A stretch of DNA of 64,000 nucleotides, taken from positions 832,001-896,000 of the forward strand of contig OZ219856.1 of assembly GCA_964291395.2 (NCBI GenBank), in the 5' to 3' direction. Positions 30,094 to 41,296 of the stretch are shown here, piece by piece. Within the stretch, counting starts at the first letter, position 1, and every line of letters starts with the position of its first letter. Source of the DNA: Alphaproteobacteria bacterium. GTDB lineage: Bacteria > Pseudomonadota > Alphaproteobacteria > UBA2966. A program made the translations under genes and the position numbers. The notes below the pieces were generated by a model. It searched no databases and was not told the origin of the DNA. It saw only the letters and a list, made by a program, of their open reading frames with translations.

Positions 30094-32211
30094 TCAGCGC
30101 GGTTCGGTGGAGAGAACCAGCCAATCGACGGCCACCACTCCGTCCGACTTGGCGAAAACGGGATTAAGGTCGATTTCCGCGATTTCGGGATGAGCGACTG
30201 CGAATTGGGATAGCGCCATGAGGGCATCCGTGAGCGAATCCAGATCAACGGCCGGTTGGCCGCGCACGCCCTGCAGAACCGCCCGGCCTTTGAGGGATTC
30301 GATCATCAGCGGGACATCGCCGCGCGCGAGCGGGGCCCTCGCAAACGTGACATCCTTCAATGTTTCGACGAGGATGCCGCCGAGCCCCACCATCACCACG
30401 GGGCCGAATACGGGGTCACGGCGCAATCCGATGACCAGTTCCGTTCCCGACTCCGCCATCGGCTGAACGATGACCCCATCTATCCGGGCATCGGCGCGGT
30501 GTTCGGAGGCCGCGGCGAGAACATCATCCACTGCCGCCCTGATCTCACCGGTCGACGCAAGGCCGAGCCGGACTCCGTCTGCGTCGGACTTGTGCGGAAT
30601 GTCGGGTGATTCGATCTTGACGGCGGCGGGCATACCGAGACGCTCGGCGATCCTCGCCGCCGTATCGGCATCAGTCGCGAGTGCCGCGTCCACGACGGGG
30701 ATGCCGGCGTCTACCAGCAGGCTTCGCGCGGCGATGCTCGGGAGTGGCCGGGCACCATCGGTTCCGCTTGGCGTAGCCGTGTCGTTGCCGGGCCGGGTCG
30801 TTCCCCGTAGGCGGCGTCGGGCTTCGCCGTACGCGTGCAAGCCGGCCACGACGTCGATGGTCCGCTCGGTCGCGCCGATCACGAAGATGCCTTCTTCACG
30901 CAGTCTGGCCAACGCCGCCTCCGGCGCCGCGAGCCAGCAAACGACGAACGGCTTCCGTACCGAGCGTTTCAATTCCAGGAACACGTCGATCAGCTCGTCG
31001 ACAAACGCGTTCATGAGTTGGAACCAGACCACCGCGATGTCTATCGCGGGGTCGGCAAGCGCGATCTTCACGCTCTCGGTCAGAACGTTGGGCTCCGCGA
31101 TGAATTGCGCCGTGAGATCCACCGGATTTGCCGGTACGCCGAAGGGAGGGATCACTTCGCGCAGTCGCGCCTGCGTGTCTTCGCCGAGGACGGGGATCTC
31201 CAGGCCGAGTTCCTCCGCGCGATCCGCCATCAGCGCGGCGGCGCCGCCCGACTGCGTGATGATCGCAACTCCAGGTCCTTGCGGTGCTGAGCAGGTGGCG
31301 AAGGCCGAGACGAGATCCAACATGTGCTCTTCGTTGCGTGCGCGGATGATTCCGTGTTGCCGGGCGACGCCGTCGAACACGGCATCCTCTCCGGCCAGTG
31401 CACCGGTGTGCGAGGCGGCGGCCCTGACCCCGGCGGCCTTGCGTCCGACCTTGGTGAGGACCAGCGGTTTGTCGAGCCGGATCGCTTTGTCTGCGAGGCG
31501 CAGCAAGCTCTGAGGACTCTTCAGGCCTTCCATGTAGGCGGCAGCGACGTCGATTCGGTCGTCCTCCAGCAACTGTTCGAGCACTTCGGTCAACGTGATG
31601 TCGACTTCGTTTCCCGTGTTCACGAAGTAGCCGAACCCCACGCCTCTATTTCTGGCGAGTGCCGCAATCCCCGTACCGAAAGCGCCGGACTGGCTCGCAA
31701 ACGCGACCGGCCCGACCACGGGCGGCTCGAAGGCGTATTGGCTGAAGGTCGCGGTCACGCCGTCGAAGGCATTGATGACGCCGAGGTTGTTGGGCCCGCA
31801 GATGCGGATGCCTGTCTTGCGCGCGGCGTCCAATAGATCCCGTTCCAGGCGTTGACCGTCGTCCCCCATTTCGCCGAATCCGGCGCTGAAAACGATGGCG
31901 GTCCGTGTTCCCTTGCGGCCGAGAGCTTCGACCGCGGCGACCACGCGCTTGGCCGCCACGGCGACAATCGCCATGTGGGGCGCTTCGGGAAGCGATTCCA
32001 CGTCGGGATAGCACTTGAACCCGATGACATCCTCGTAGTTTGGATTGACGGGGTAGATTCGGCCTTGGTAACCGTCTCTGCGCAGATAGTGGAGTGGACG
32101 TCCGTTCAGCTTGTTGGCATCCGACGTGGCGCCGATCACGGCGATGGACTCCGGGTGGAGTAGCGCCTGGATAGCCGAAACGTCGAGAGTGCGGGCGCCG
32201 GGGTCGGTCAT
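30094..32211 (-). CDS. acetate-CoA ligase (ADP-forming) family protein
   Basis: SIAVIGA, GPNNLG, SQSG, SHTGALAG, HKSD, DLNP. Confidence 0.92.
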   Translation of the reverse strand: MTDPGARTLDVSAIQALLHPESIAVIGATSDANKLNGRPLHYLRRDGYQGRIYPVNPNYEDVIGFKCYPDVESLPEAPHMAIVAVAAKRVVAAVEALGRKGTRTAIVFSAGFGEMGDDGQRLERDLLDAARKTGIRICGPNNLGVINAFDGVTATFSQYAFEPPVVGPVAFASQSGAFGTGIAALARNRGVGFGYFVNTGNEVDITLTEVLEQLLEDDRIDVAAAYMEGLKSPQSLLRLADKAIRLDKPLVLTKVGRKAAGVRAAASHTGALAGEDAVFDGVARQHGIIRARNEEHMLDLVSAFATCSAPQGPGVAIITQSGGAAALMADRAEELGLEIPVLGEDTQARLREVIPPFGVPANPVDLTAQFIAEPNVLTESVKIALADPAIDIAVVWFQLMNAFVDELIDVFLELKRSVRKPFVVCWLAAPEAALARLREEGIFVIGATERTIDVVAGLHAYGEARRRLRGTTRPGNDTATPSGTDGARPLPSIAARSLLVDAGIPVVDAALATDADTAARIAERLGMPAAVKIESPDIPHKSDADGVRLGLASTGEIRAAVDDVLAAASEHRADARIDGVIVQPMAESGTELVIGLRRDPVFGPVVMVGLGGILVETLKDVTFARAPLARGDVPLMIESLKGRAVLQGVRGQPAVDLDSLTDALMALSQFAVAHPEIAEIDLNPVFAKSDGVVAVDWLVLSTEPR

Positions 32212-32394
32212 CTCAGGGTGATCATGGAGCCGCGGTCAGGCTGCGGCCGCCCGCGATGGAAAGGCGGGCGGCCGCCAGAGCAACATACCGGAGTGCCACG
32301 GCGCTGCTCAACCGCGCGAGCGGGCCGCGAGTTCTGTTGCCCGTTCCTCCGGCGCCTCCTAAGCTCTGAACGGGTGTTTCGCCCGTAACAGTGG

Positions 32395-33903
32395 ATGGAG
32401 GCGGACTTGTCCGAACTGAGTCTCGTGGTTCGCAATGGGACCGTCGTCACTGCCGTCGATACCGCGTCATGCGACATCGGCATTCGCGCCGGCCGTATCG
32501 TTGCGCTTGGCGAGGGATTGAGTGGTGCCGCACGCGAGATCGATGCCAGCGGCAAGCTGGTCCTTCCGGGCGGAATCGACAGTCACTGCCATATCGATCA
32601 ACTGTCGGGGATGGGGATCAGAACGGCGGATGATTTCCACAGCGGGACCGTGTCGGCGGCGTTTGGCGGGAACACGACCGTGATCCCCTTCGCCGCCCAG
32701 CACCGCGGCCAATCGCTGCGCGCGGTTGTCGAGGAATACCACGAGCGTGCAACGCCCAAGGCAGTCATCGATTACGCGTTCCACCTGATCATCTCGGACC
32801 CCAGCGAGCAGGTTCTGAACCAGGAATTGCCGGCGCTGATCCGCGACGGCTATACGTCGTTCAAGGTTTTCATGACCTACGAGAAGATGCGTCTCGATGA
32901 CCGGCAGCTTCTCGATGTGCTCGGCGTAGCGCGGCGCGAGGGCGCGCTGATGATGGTGCATGCCGAGAACGACGACGTAATCTCATGGATCAGCGCGAAG
33001 CTCCTGGAGCAAGGTCATCGCGAGCCCAAGTTCCACGCGGTCAGTCACGCGCAGATCGCCGAGAGCGAGGCGACCCATCGAGCGATTCGACTGTCGGAAC
33101 TGATGGATGTGCCCCTGTTGGTGGTGCACGTTTCCGCGGAAGGGGCAATGAATGAAATCCGCCGAGCCCAGGATGCGGGCTTGCGGGTCTATGGCGAGAC
33201 ATGCCCGCAATACCTGTTTCTCACCAAGGAAGATCTCGATCTGCCCGGTGCGAACGGAGCTATGTTCTGCTGCAGCCCGCCGCCGAGGGACGCGAATTCT
33301 CAGGAAGCGATGTGGCGGGGACTGCGAAACGGCACTTTCCAGGTCTTCTCCTCCGATCACGCGCCTTACCGCTTTGATGAGACGGGAAAGCTGTCGGCCG
33401 GGCCCAGCCCGAATTTCAAGGAAATCGCGAACGGGCTGCCGGGTCTTGAACTGCGTCTGCCGCTCCTGTTCTCGGAAGGGGTGGGGACGGGACGGCTGAC
33501 CCTGAATCAGTTCGTGGCGCTCGCCTCCACCAACGCGGCGAGACTCTACGGTCTGGAGGGCCGCAAGGGCTCGATCGCCGTCGGCATGGATGCCGATCTC
33601 GCGATCTGGGATCCCCGGCGGACGGTGACCGTGACGGCCGATATGATGCACGACAACGCCGGCTACACGCCGTACGAGGGGCGTACGTTGAACGGCTGGC
33701 CGGAAACGGTGATCAGCCGCGGGCGGGTGGTCGTGCAGGATGGCCGGCTGCATGCCGAGCCCGGATCTGGCGAGTTTCTGCCCTGCGATCCGCCTGAACC
33801 CGCCAGACCGTTGGGCAGGCTCGTGCCTGAGGTCGACCCGGCGCGAAACTTCGGTGCTGAACTCATCCCCGATCCGTCGCAGGCGGGAACGGCCGGAGAT
33901 TGA
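32395..33903 (+). CDS. hydA: dihydropyrimidinase / D-hydantoinase
   Basis: PGGIDSHCH, AFGGNTT, SFKVFMTY, HAEN, ETCPQYL, CSPPPR, SSDHAP. Confidence 0.92.
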   Translation: MEADLSELSLVVRNGTVVTAVDTASCDIGIRAGRIVALGEGLSGAAREIDASGKLVLPGGIDSHCHIDQLSGMGIRTADDFHSGTVSAAFGGNTTVIPFAAQHRGQSLRAVVEEYHERATPKAVIDYAFHLIISDPSEQVLNQELPALIRDGYTSFKVFMTYEKMRLDDRQLLDVLGVARREGALMMVHAENDDVISWISAKLLEQGHREPKFHAVSHAQIAESEATHRAIRLSELMDVPLLVVHVSAEGAMNEIRRAQDAGLRVYGETCPQYLFLTKEDLDLPGANGAMFCCSPPPRDANSQEAMWRGLRNGTFQVFSSDHAPYRFDETGKLSAGPSPNFKEIANGLPGLELRLPLLFSEGVGTGRLTLNQFVALASTNAARLYGLEGRKGSIAVGMDADLAIWDPRRTVTVTADMMHDNAGYTPYEGRTLNGWPETVISRGRVVVQDGRLHAEPGSGEFLPCDPPEPARPLGRLVPEVDPARNFGAELIPDPSQAGTAGD

Positions 33904-34029
33904 GAACCAAGGCGTCGGTGCGTCTTCTCTCAGAAGCCCCTCCAGTGCACGCTTCTGGTCAATCCGTACCAGGGAAGCGGTGTCGAAATGTCGAGATGCC
34001 GGCGACCCGTATGCGTTCAAGCGGATTCA

Positions 34030-34938
34030 TCATCGTCCCTTAGCCGCGTCGAAGGCCCGGTCGACGACTTTGCGGGCGGTCTCGAAGGACATTCGGCACA
34101 CGACCTCCGGGTCATCGTCCCAGGTGGCTTCATTCATGATCTCGATCGTGAAGGGGCCGTCGTAGCCGGATTCCAGGATCGCGGTGCAAAACGTCTCGAC
34201 GTCGAAAATGCCGTGTCCCGGATAGGTACGGTGCCTGTTTCCAACGAGTTCCTCAATGGGCAGGTCGAGTGCGTCGTTTACATGCACCATCACGATCTGA
34301 TCGCCGCGAATCGCTTTGATCGCCGATACGTCTTGACCCGCGCGAAAGAAATGAAAGCAGTCGACGACCAGACCCGCGTGATCTCCGAGCCCCGCCAACT
34401 CCAGGACCTCGAGCGCCTCCGGAACCCGGCCGCACTTCTCGACATGGCCCATGGGCTCCAGGCCGAGCCTGACGTCCTTGGGGGCAGCATGTTCGGCAAT
34501 TCGTTTCATGTTGTCGGCGGTGCCTCGTAACGTTCCGTCCTCGCCGAGCACGGGAAGCACCACATAGCGAGCGTCCAGCGTTTCGCAGGCCTCCAGGATG
34601 CCCACCATGACGTCAAGCATGTCGTCGTCGAGCGCGTAGTGCCAGCGGGTGAGAACGTCCTCACCCGGAATGAGGCCTGCGACAGGCAGGTCTCGCCGGG
34701 CCGACAGCCGCGATGTCCTCGCCATCGTGGCGCCCGAGCCGGCCTCGCGGTAGCGCGGAACCAGGAATCGGCTTTGCGCCGTGTCCCAGTCCGCTTCGGT
34801 CATCAGGTGCGGTGCTACTTCATGAATCCACATCTCCACCGCGCTGTACCCGCTGTTCGCCGCGAACGAGAACTTGTCCGCGAGGGCGGCCTTCTTGATC
34901 GTGATGGTATTCAACTGCAGTGAGAGCGGGGGCGTCAC
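34030..34938 (-). CDS. sugar phosphate isomerase/epimerase (xylose isomerase-like TIM barrel)
   Basis: GYSAVEMW, LGLEPMG, VDCFH, VHVND, GYDGPFTIE. GTG start just after the SDR stop. Confidence 0.85.
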   Translation of the reverse strand: MTPPLSLQLNTITIKKAALADKFSFAANSGYSAVEMWIHEVAPHLMTEADWDTAQSRFLVPRYREAGSGATMARTSRLSARRDLPVAGLIPGEDVLTRWHYALDDDMLDVMVGILEACETLDARYVVLPVLGEDGTLRGTADNMKRIAEHAAPKDVRLGLEPMGHVEKCGRVPEALEVLELAGLGDHAGLVVDCFHFFRAGQDVSAIKAIRGDQIVMVHVNDALDLPIEELVGNRHRTYPGHGIFDVETFCTAILESGYDGPFTIEIMNEATWDDDPEVVCRMSFETARKVVDRAFDAAKGR

Positions 34939-34942
34939 CGTG

Positions 34943-35671
34943 TCACCAGGGTTCGATCCATGGCCGGAGGTCGAGCTCGTGGGTCCAGGCGCTTGGAGGC
35001 TGGCGGTGAAGGTTCCAGTAATTTTCCGCGATAGCGTCGGGGCCCAGAAGTCCGTCACGGTCTTTCAATGCATACCGCTCCGGAAACATTTCCTCAATCC
35101 ACTTGGTGTCTATCGCCCCGTCGACCACGACATGGGCCACGTGGATGCCTTGCGGCCCGAGTTCCCGCGCCATGCTTTGGGCCAAGGCGCGGAGACCGTG
35201 CTTGGCGCCAGCGAATCCCGCGAACCCGTCGCCCCCACGCACGCTCGCGGTGGCGCCCGTGAAGATGATCGTGCCGCGCCGGCGGTCGATCATGCGGCGG
35301 GCGACCTCTCTTCCCGTCAGGAAGCCGGAGAAGCAGCCCATTTCCCAAACCTTGTAGTAGACCCGGGCGGTCGTCTCAGTGATGGGAAACCTGACATTTC
35401 CCCCGATGTTGTGCACGGCCACCTCGATTGGCCCGATGTCCCGTTCGATGGTCTCGACGAGATCGATCACGCGGTCTTCCCGGCGGCAGTCGCACTCGAA
35501 CGGCACCGCCTTTCCCCCCTCCGATTCGATGCGCTCGACAAGAGGTTTGAGCCTCTCGCCGTGACGACGCGCCACGCAGGCAGTGTATCCCTCTCTCGCG
35601 AAGCGACGCGCCACCGCGCCGCCTGTCGCGTCGCCGGCTCCCACTACCAGAGCTACCTTGGCATCGGTCAT
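34943..35671 (-). CDS. SDR family oxidoreductase
   Basis: VGAGDATG, TGATASVRG, AKHGLRALAQSMARELGP, WTHELDLRP. Confidence 0.92.
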   Translation of the reverse strand: MTDAKVALVVGAGDATGGAVARRFAREGYTACVARRHGERLKPLVERIESEGGKAVPFECDCRREDRVIDLVETIERDIGPIEVAVHNIGGNVRFPITETTARVYYKVWEMGCFSGFLTGREVARRMIDRRRGTIIFTGATASVRGGDGFAGFAGAKHGLRALAQSMARELGPQGIHVAHVVVDGAIDTKWIEEMFPERYALKDRDGLLGPDAIAENYWNLHRQPPSAWTHELDLRPWIEPW

Positions 35672-35702
35672 CTCGGATTACCGCTCGTCAAGGGGGGTCA
35701 TG

Positions 35703-38059
35703 TCAGATCCGCAACGTGCGCAGGCGCAGTGCATTGCCGATCACGGAGACCGAACTGAGGCTCATGGCCGCCGCCGCGATCATCGGGCTTAGCAGTACGC
35801 CGAAGATGGGAAACAGCAAGCCTGCAGCGACGGGCACGCCCAGGGAGTTGTACACGAAGGCGAAGAAGAGGTTCTGGCGAATGTTGCGCATGGTCGCGCG
35901 GCTGAGGTGCCGCGCCCGCACGATAGCTCTCAGGTCGCCCTTCATCAACGTGACGGCGGCGCTCTCCATCGCGACATCGGTGCCCGTGCCCATGGCGATT
36001 CCCACGTCGGCCTCGGTCAAGGCCGGCGCGTCATTGATGCCGTCGCCCGCCATCGCGACGATCCGGCCCTGCCTCCGCAATTCACGCACGATTTGTCCCT
36101 TGCGGTCCGGGAGGACACCGGCTTCCACGTCGTCGATGCCGAGCTTACCGGCGACGGCTTGCGCCGTGGTCGCGCCGTCGCCTGTCAGCATGACGATCCG
36201 GATATTCTCCCGTCGCAGCGCTGCGATGGCCTCCGGCGTCGTCTCCTTGACGGGGTCGGCCACGCCGATCAGGCCGGCCACGCGCCCGTCGACCACGACG
36301 TACATCACGGTAGCAGCGTCTTTGCGGTGCGCTTCCGCGCGGCGTTCGAGTTCTTCTCCGGACATCCCCAACTCATGGAGAAGTTCCCGGTTGCCGAGTG
36401 CAACCCGCGAGCCGTTCACGCTACCGCTCACGCCCTTTCCCGGGATCGATCGAAACTCCGTGGCCTCGGTGACCTGAAGCCCCCTTTCCAAATGGCGGCG
36501 ACGATTGCGTCGGCAAGCGGGTGCTCGCTGGATTGCTCGAGGCTGGCCGACAGGCGAAGAAGATCGTTCTCGCCGAGAGAACCCTCTGCCAGTACGGCGA
36601 CGACCTTGGGCGCGCCCTCCGTGAGCGTGCCCGTCTTGTCGACGACAAGGGTATCCACCCTCTCGAGGCGCTCCAGTGCCTCGGCATCCTTGATGAGCAC
36701 TCCCGCCTCGGCGCCGCGCCCGACCCCCACCATGATCGACATCGGCGTGGCGAGGCCGAGGGCACAGGGGCAGGCGATGATCAACACGGAAACCGCGGCC
36801 ACCAGGGCAAATCCCATGGCAGGTGCCGGCCCCCAAATCGACCAAGCCGCGAACGCAATTACTGCAACGGCGACAACGGAGGGAACGAAATAGCCGGCGA
36901 CCCTATCGGCGAGACGCTGGACCGGCGCTCGGGTCCGCTGGGCTTCCGCGACCATGGCGACGATCTGGGCGAGCATGGTCTCGTCGCCGACGCGGTCTGC
37001 ACGCATGAAGAACGCGCCGGTGCCGTTCAAAGTCGCGCCGATGACCGGATCGTCCGGCCATTTCTCGACGGGGATGGGCTCTCCCGTGATCATCGACTCG
37101 TCGACGGTGCTGTGGCCTTCGAGAACGGTGCCGTCGACGGGAATCCTGTCGCCGGGCCGTACCCGCAGCCGGTCTCCGACGCTGACGTCCTCCAGCGGGA
37201 TCTCTTCGTCCGTGCCGTCGGCACCGATTCGATAGGCGGTTCGGGGCGCAAGTCGCAGCAAGGCCCTGAGCGCCCGGCCCGTGCCCTCGCGCGCCTTGAG
37301 TTCCAGGACTTGGCCGACGAGTACGAGCACGATGATCACGGCGGCCGCTTCGAAATAGACGGCGACCGCCCCGTCGGCCATCTGGAATGCTTCCGGAAGC
37401 ACGCCGGGCATCAACGTGGCCAGTACGCTGTAGACGTAGGCCGTGCCCGTACCCATGGCGATCAACGTGAACATGTTGAGGTTGCGGGTTGCCAACGACG
37501 CCCAGCCCCGTTGGAAGAACGGCAGTCCGCACCACAGGGTGACGGGCGTGGCCAGCGCGAGTTGGATCCAGTTGGAAACGCTTCGTGGAATGGCTTCCGT
37601 GAAATCGAGTCCCGGCAGGTGTCCGCCCATTTCCAACATGAGGACGGGCAAGGAAAGAACGAGTCCGATCCGCATACGGCGGTTCATGTCGATGAGTTCC
37701 GGATTCGGACTCTCATCGAGAGATACGCGCACGGGCTCCAACGCCATTCCACAGATGGGACAATCCCCGGGACGGCTCCTGACGACTTCCGGATGCATGG
37801 GGCAGGTGTGGTCCGTGCCCGATGAAGCGTCCGCTCGCGGTGGCGAAGCACCTGCCGGGAAGGCGTCCGGTGTCGCCTTGAATTTCGCCAGGCAGTGGCT
37901 CGAGCAGAACCAATAGGAATGTCCGCCGTGCTCGTGCCGGTGTTCCGACGTCACGGGATCTACGGTCATGCCGCAAACCGGGTCCTTGGTGAGCGTGCCG
38001 TCGCTTCGCTTGCCGTTTTGGTTCATGACGTCCACCGGCGCCGACTCATGGAAGTTCAA
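35703..38059 (-). CDS. copA: Cu(I)-translocating P1B-type ATPase with a YHS domain (single frameshift near 36485-36500)
   Basis: [29 protein letters not shown] and SEHPL in one frame; [12 protein letters not shown] and MSLSS in the other. Confidence 0.9.
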
Positions 38060-38223
38060 TATTCAACTCTGCCCGACCGCTTCGGTGACCAGCCATATAG
38101 ACCGTCGTCCATCTTCAGGGAGGGATATGGGAGCGATTGCCTTCCGTATGGGCCTGTTTTGTGATCGACGTTGCCGCTATGCTCGTTCGTCATCCGGCCC
38201 ATCACGTTTCCTGAAGGACCAAG

Positions 38224-39036
38224 ATGCTCAGCCGATCAGATATTCGACGCTACAGGGAAGAAGGCCAGATCGTCCTGCCCTATCGTATCCCCGACGAAAT
38301 GATCTCGTGTATCGAGCGCCGAACCGACGAACTGCTGAGCAAGCACCCTGACCTTTCGGCGGACTACGTGCCGGGCCTTCCGGAGATCGAGGAATACTGG
38401 CTGGCCGTCGCCCAAATCCCGGATCTCCTGGATTCGGTTGAACAGCTCATCGGACCCGATTTCATCAACTGGGGGTCTGCGCTCTTCGGAAAGCCGGCAA
38501 ATGATGGCATCGAGACGCCCTGGCATCAGGACGGCGAGTACTGGCCCATCAGGCCGTTGGCAACGTGTACGGCCTGGATCGCTATCGACGACGCCACGCC
38601 CGAGAATGGTTGCATGCGTGTCGTGCCGGGCTCGCACAGAGACGGGAAATTGCTGTCTCACAAGACGGTGGAGGGCGACTACACGCTCTACCGGACGCTC
38701 AAGGACAGTTCCGAGGCGGAGGCCAACGCCCGTGACGTGGTTCTGGAGCGCGGGCAAATTTCCATTCACGACGTCTATATGATCCATGGCTCCCGCCCCA
38801 ATACGTCGAGCAAGCCAAGACGCGGACTGACATTCCGGTTCATGCCCACGACATCCCACTTCGATTACGACCTCAATGACAAGCTGGTCCGTGAGATTGG
38901 CGTATTGAGCTTGGCCCATCGCAAGTTGTTCCTCCTGCGGGGGGTCGACCGCTGTGGCAAGAACCGCACTGTCGATATTCCTTCGAATCTGGACGCATTC
39001 TGGGAACTGCCCGAGGCCCGGGTTGCCGCTGAATAA
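38224..39036 (+). CDS. phytanoyl-CoA dioxygenase family protein
   Basis: PWHQDGEYWP, WIAIDDATPENGCM, HGSRPN, RRG. Confidence 0.92.
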   Translation: MLSRSDIRRYREEGQIVLPYRIPDEMISCIERRTDELLSKHPDLSADYVPGLPEIEEYWLAVAQIPDLLDSVEQLIGPDFINWGSALFGKPANDGIETPWHQDGEYWPIRPLATCTAWIAIDDATPENGCMRVVPGSHRDGKLLSHKTVEGDYTLYRTLKDSSEAEANARDVVLERGQISIHDVYMIHGSRPNTSSKPRRGLTFRFMPTTSHFDYDLNDKLVREIGVLSLAHRKLFLLRGVDRCGKNRTVDIPSNLDAFWELPEARVAAE

Positions 39037-39188
39037 CGTGTGGAACCTTCGCATCTCCAATGAACGGGAACCGACATAGCTGTCACCGAAGTCGTTGAGA
39101 AGCCACGCAAGTCACCGCGCGGAAAATCGACGTACGACAATCTCCGGCGACAGGCCGTTTTAGGTGATCCGGGTCGAATTCTCTACGA

Positions 39189-39613
39189 TCATCGCCCGGC
39201 GAGCGGGAGCATCAGTTCGGCATAACGCCATGCGGTCCAACGCCAGGTGGAGGGTGAGGTTTCATTCCGAATCGTCCGCCGGACAGCACATCGATCGTGG
39301 CGAGCATTTTGGCCGTCACCACCGCAGGCCGTAGCGGGATGACCATGACGGATGTCAGGAGGCGGGATTTCGTCGTGATGGCGGCGACGTAGGCTAGGAG
39401 CGTTGGCTGATCCAGGCACTCGCCGGTTTCGATTCCCGGATATCGCCCGTCGTCCGCGTAAGGGTACAGCGCTTCGTAGCGACTCGGGAGCACGATGTGA
39501 TCGGGCACGGTGACGCAGGCGTAGCCCAGTTCTTCGCCTCGAATGGCGAGGGTGCGAATAGCCTCTGTGTTGGCGAGCGGTCCGCGACCCGGTAGCCTGA
39601 ACCCGATTTCCAC
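39189..39613 (-). pseudogene. internally deleted LLM-class (F420/flavin-dependent) oxidoreductase
   Basis: VPDHIV...AKMLATIDVLSGGR, then an abrupt jump to a C-terminus-like YAELMLPL*. Confidence 0.75.
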
Positions 39614-39614
39614 G

Positions 39615-41174
39615 TCAGACGAGGCTCGTGGGCCAAGCTCGGAGCAGGTGTTCGCCGACCCCGCCCGTCAGGCGCTGCCGGTGGACGTCCAGCATGGTGA
39701 TGAGCCAATCGCGGGTCTCGCGCGGGTCGATGACGTCCTGGGTTTCATACAGCTCGGCGAGGTCCCAGGCCTCCGAGTCTCGAGCCAGCTCGGCAACACG
39801 TTTGTCGAACTCCCGGGGGTTGTCGTCTCGGTTGATTCCAAAGACCACGTTGACACCGAGCTCCACATCCATGAAACCGAGGTCGGCGGTGGGCCAGACG
39901 GCCGTGACGTCCGAATTCCGACCACCTCCCATATTCAGGTAAGCCTGCCCGTAGCTCTTGCGCACGATGACGGTGATCTTGGGCACGGTCATGAGGGAAA
40001 GGGCGTTCATCCAGTTGATGATACGTCCGGGCGCGCCCTTGCGCTCCCCGTCGATGCCGACCAGGAACCCGGGCACGTCGACCAGCATAACGAGCGGGAT
40101 GTTGAAGCTGTCACAAAGGACCATGAAGGCCGTTGCCTTGTTGCAGGCATCGGCGTCGATGGCGCCGCCCTTGAACATCGGATTGTTGGCAATCACGCCG
40201 ACAGGATGGCCGTCGAGTCGGATGAGCGACGTGACGACTGCCTTGCCGTAGCGAGCCTTTAGCTCGAACGTGCTGCCGGCATCGGCAAGGGCGGCGACGA
40301 TCTTCCGCATGTCGTACACTCGGGTGCGTTCCTCGGGCAAGAGGCTGAGGACGTCCCTCGCGGTCGTCTTCGAGTCCTCGGGTACCGGATGCACGGGTGG
40401 TGGTTCGTTGTGATGTCCGGGCAGATACGACAGGAACGTCTTCACGGCGTCCAACGCTTCCTCGTCCGTGTCGGTGGCGAGGTCGACGAGACCGCTGGTC
40501 CCGGTAAGCAGCTTCCAGCCTCCGAGTTCTTCCTTGTCGATCGGTTGATTGATCGCGAGCGACGTGACGCGCGAGCTTGCCACGGCCATCGTCGCGCCTT
40601 TGCGCATGACGACGAAGTCCGACATGCAGGCGTACCAGGTGGAGGAGCCGTAGCAATCGCCGAGTTGGGCGGCGGCCCATGGCGTCTCGCGCAAGCGCCG
40701 GTATTCGTACGGATCCTGCCCGATGATGGCCCGGCCTGACGCACCCATGCGGTCCGGCATTCGGGCGCCTGTGGATTCGCCGATGAAGACCAGTGGCATG
40801 CCGCGTTTGGTGGCGACTTCCTTGATATGCCGGAATTTCTTTTGGTTCGTAACGGCGCTCGAGGCTCCGAGAACCGTGAAATCGTTGGAGGCGATGGCGA
40901 CGGATCGTCCGTCGATGCGGCAGAATCCCGTTACTTTGCCGTCCGCGGGAGTTTTTTCCCGGGCTTCCGCCCGGTTCGAGCGCGCCAGCAGTCCCGACTC
41001 GGTAAAGCTACCCGGATCGGCGAGGTAGTCGATCCGTTCCCGCGCATTGAGGACACCCTGCTCTCTGCGTTTCGCGAGCTTTTCGAGCCCACCCATTTGC
41101 AGGGCCTTTTCGCGACGCTTTTTCAGTTCCTTCAGAGCCTTGGCATGAGACATGGTCGTGCGACTCTTCCCCAT
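39615..41174 (-). CDS. acyl-CoA carboxylase carboxyltransferase subunit
   Basis: LNARERI, NDFTVLGAS, GARM, DVPGFLVG, RKSYG, IDPRETR. Confidence 0.92.
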   Translation of the reverse strand: MGKSRTTMSHAKALKELKKRREKALQMGGLEKLAKRREQGVLNARERIDYLADPGSFTESGLLARSNRAEAREKTPADGKVTGFCRIDGRSVAIASNDFTVLGASSAVTNQKKFRHIKEVATKRGMPLVFIGESTGARMPDRMGASGRAIIGQDPYEYRRLRETPWAAAQLGDCYGSSTWYACMSDFVVMRKGATMAVASSRVTSLAINQPIDKEELGGWKLLTGTSGLVDLATDTDEEALDAVKTFLSYLPGHHNEPPPVHPVPEDSKTTARDVLSLLPEERTRVYDMRKIVAALADAGSTFELKARYGKAVVTSLIRLDGHPVGVIANNPMFKGGAIDADACNKATAFMVLCDSFNIPLVMLVDVPGFLVGIDGERKGAPGRIINWMNALSLMTVPKITVIVRKSYGQAYLNMGGGRNSDVTAVWPTADLGFMDVELGVNVVFGINRDDNPREFDKRVAELARDSEAWDLAELYETQDVIDPRETRDWLITMLDVHRQRLTGGVGEHLLRAWPTSLV

Positions 41175-41296
41175 ATTTTCCCGGCGCGAATCGGAGTGAA
41201 TTCCGATGGTTTGTCAAATCCGATCCGTTGGAGCGCTATAATGAGGCCTGTTTCCACATCGCAGTACGCGCAAGGCCGATGGTTCAAGACGCCCGC

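Noticed and set aside
36428-36500. Programmed frameshift in copA (as in E. coli CopA/CopZ)
   Set aside because: The known event follows the first metal-binding domain. This shift is inside the nucleotide-binding domain and would give no sensible product.
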